A stretch of 64,000 bases of DNA. Origin: a virus. The stretch lies in the IMG/VR virus record IMGVR_UViG_3300029950_000012; one strand, 5' to 3'. Under the pieces are notes generated by a model that saw only the letters and a list, made by a program, of their open reading frames with translations, made no database searches and was not told the DNA's origin. The position numbers were made by a program, and so were the translations under genes. Of this stretch, positions 62,403-64,000 are shown one piece after another; the stretch's first letter is position 1; each line of letters starts with the position of its first letter.

Positions 62403-62768
62403 CTATCTGCCTTGACAAACGAAGGTAGCCCCCGCAGGATCTCGGGCCGGAACACCTGCAATTTCCCAAGTTTCCTCTTCAATGAAGATGGTATCCCCTA
62501 TCATGGGTATCTGGCCCCCTTCGATCAGAGCAGCCATTAGAGTTATCTTTCTATCCCTACGCTTGATAGAAGTGCCGTTAAGCTCCAAGTCAGTATAGGA
62601 CTCAATAAACCCCTCTGCACCATAAGCTGTTTCTGTGGCATCGAGCATCTTTGTTCTATTGGCCGGGTCTCTGCCACCTGACACAACTTTGGTAAGGACA
62701 GCAGGGAGCAAGTTTCCTTTCATCGCATCCCCTACCAATCCTGCAATATCCGTATCAAATAAATTCAT
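62403..62768 (-). CDS. hypothetical virion-module protein (121 aa)
   Basis: ORF in the late string. The C-terminal GDTIFIEEETWEIAGV...FVCQGR is faintly like head-tail joining proteins. Confidence 0.45.
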   Translation of the reverse strand: MNLFDTDIAGLVGDAMKGNLLPAVLTKVVSGGRDPANRTKMLDATETAYGAEGFIESYTDLELNGTSIKRRDRKITLMAALIEGGQIPMIGDTIFIEEETWEIAGVPARDPAGATFVCQGR

Positions 62769-62773
62769 GTGTT

Positions 62774-63133
62774 CTACCTCTGCTTGTAATTGACGCCAAA
62801 GGATCGTTCATACTTCCGGCCTTGTGGCGATGTGGTGAAATTCACTTTACCTTCCATGACAATTCCCGCTTGATCAAACTCAGGGTCATCCTGATTGAGT
62901 ATGTCTATCGAAGCCCATACAACAATCTTTTTACTTGTCACATCTAAAGAGACAGGGTTGTCATCTCCTACGCCATCAAACTTCCACCCTAGTCCAGTAG
63001 TTAATACAGTAAGTACAACTGTAGGCAGCTCAATGACCTCTGTATCTTCTAACTGACCTGTTAGGTTCAAAAGAAAATCGGTATAGTCGCCAGGATCTGG
63101 CGTCTCTTCTGCTGTAATTAGATTAGTTGTCAT
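62774..63133 (-). CDS. hypothetical virion-module protein (119 aa)
   Basis: ATGA overlap with the upstream gene. Confidence 0.45.
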   Translation of the reverse strand: MTTNLITAEETPDPGDYTDFLLNLTGQLEDTEVIELPTVVLTVLTTGLGWKFDGVGDDNPVSLDVTSKKIVVWASIDILNQDDPEFDQAGIVMEGKVNFTTSPQGRKYERSFGVNYKQR

Positions 63134-64000
63134 AAGTCCACTGTCCTAGATTTATTTGAGGTGAAAATGATTTCTCTTGAACCCGCAGTAGGATATTCAA
63201 TAATCCTTCCATTAGGTGTTGTAATTTCGTAGTCATCACGCCCTTTCACTTTTGCGTTTCCTGCCTTAACTACTCCTGTCACCTCGAAGATGAATCCGGC
63301 AAAGGATGTGACTTTTGCATTACCTGCTTTAACCACCCCCGTTGCAAACTTCGAGTTACTTACTGCTGCGTTGCCTTCAACCTTAGCATTGTTAGCTTTC
63401 ACTACTCCTATTGCATCATGTTCTACATTAGCATTACCAATGATCTTGGCGTTACCTGCTTTTACAATGCCATTTGCAGCTAGGTTAGAATCTGCGTTAC
63501 CTACAATCTTAGCACTATTTGCTTTAACTGCACCAAAGGCAAACTTACCTTGTCCAGCATTACCAACGATCTTAGCATTGCCAGCTTTTACCACACCATC
63601 TGATTGTCTTTCAACACTCACTAAGGATACGACTTTAGCATTGCCCGCTTTAACTGCACTAACTGTAGTCTGTATGATTCGATCAGCAAGGCTAACAACC
63701 TTTGCATTGCCCGCCTTAACAACAGCATCATCGCTTCTGACTGTTCGTAGTGCATCACCAGTAATAACTGCATTGCCTGCTTTTACTACCCCGTTCGAGA
63801 CGTGTTGTCCTGCGGTAGATGAGTTACCTACAATTTTAGCATTACCTGCCTTTACTACTCCTGTGCTTGAATGGTCAATGTTAGATGCACCAACTACTTT
63901 CGCATTACCTGCCTTAACCGCTCCTGAGGCGTTAGTGACATTATTGACAGCAGCGTTACCTACTATAGTAGCATTACTTGCTTTAACCGCGCCACCAGAC
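63130..64000 (-). CDS. repeat protein with at least 12 tandem degenerate GVVKAGNAK(I/V)VG units; N-terminus lies beyond the window end
   Basis: The frame stays open from 63130 to the window end. The ORF-track Met at 63621 is an internal GTG. The repeat is visible at DNA level as recurring gcattacctgctttaac / gcattgcccgccttaac. Confidence 0.6.
   Translation of the reverse strand, partial: SGGAVKASNATIVGNAAVNNVTNASGAVKAGNAKVVGASNIDHSSTGVVKAGNAKIVGNSSTAGQHVSNGVVKAGNAVITGDALRTVRSDDAVVKAGNAKVVSLADRIIQTTVSAVKAGNAKVVSLVSVERQSDGVVKAGNAKIVGNAGQGKFAFGAVKANSAKIVGNADSNLAANGIVKAGNAKIIGNANVEHDAIGVVKANNAKVEGNAAVSNSKFATGVVKAGNAKVTSFAGFIFEVTGVVKAGNAKVKGRDDYEITTPNGRIIEYPTAGSREIIFTSNKSRTVDL

Noticed and set aside
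1-64000. Lysogeny module (integrase, CI/Cro-type switch, attP), CRISPR arrays, reverse transcriptase/DGR, and transposases.
   Set aside because: I scanned all ORF translations for the usual catalytic signatures and the DNA for repeat-spacer arrays, and recognised none. Absence cannot be proven without HMM searches.

Overview
The window looks like most of a tailed dsDNA phage genome with siphovirus-type tail genes. No integrase or repressor module was seen. All product calls rest on motif recognition and gene order, because no database search was possible.

Layout:
- 1-5882, minus strand: packaging and connector genes. The order is TerS candidate, two TerL-derived fragment ORFs, TerL, portal, adaptor-like.
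- About 5.9-7.3 kb: an ORF-poor divergent control region full of short repeats.
- 6.5-29.4 kb, plus strand: about 70 small early genes, many translationally coupled by ATGA overlaps. Recognisable ones are ArdC, a prepilin-like protein, a HigA-like HTH fusion and a terD-terC cassette.
- 29.4-43.6 kb, plus strand: a replication block with primase-helicase, DUF2800-type nuclease, DUF2815-type SSB, family A DNA polymerase, VRR-NUC and SNF2 helicase.
- 43.6-64.0 kb, minus strand: lysis, tail and head genes. These are M15 endolysin, J-like tip protein, tape measure, G/GT chaperone with a -1 slippery site, tail tube, capsid, decoration, scaffold and XkdF-like protease.

Most unusual features:
1. A 1.3 kb ORF-free, heavily base-paired locus at 32.6-33.8 kb. 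It has its own promoter and a terminator-like end, and contains three aberrant tRNA-like modules.
2. TerL-derived motif blocks in shuffled order between TerS and TerL.
3. A seven-copy promoter plus A/C-rich leader plus invariant SD-box cassette driving early genes.
4. A phage-encoded prepilin-like protein.
5. A promoter- and terminator-bounded terD-terC cassette.
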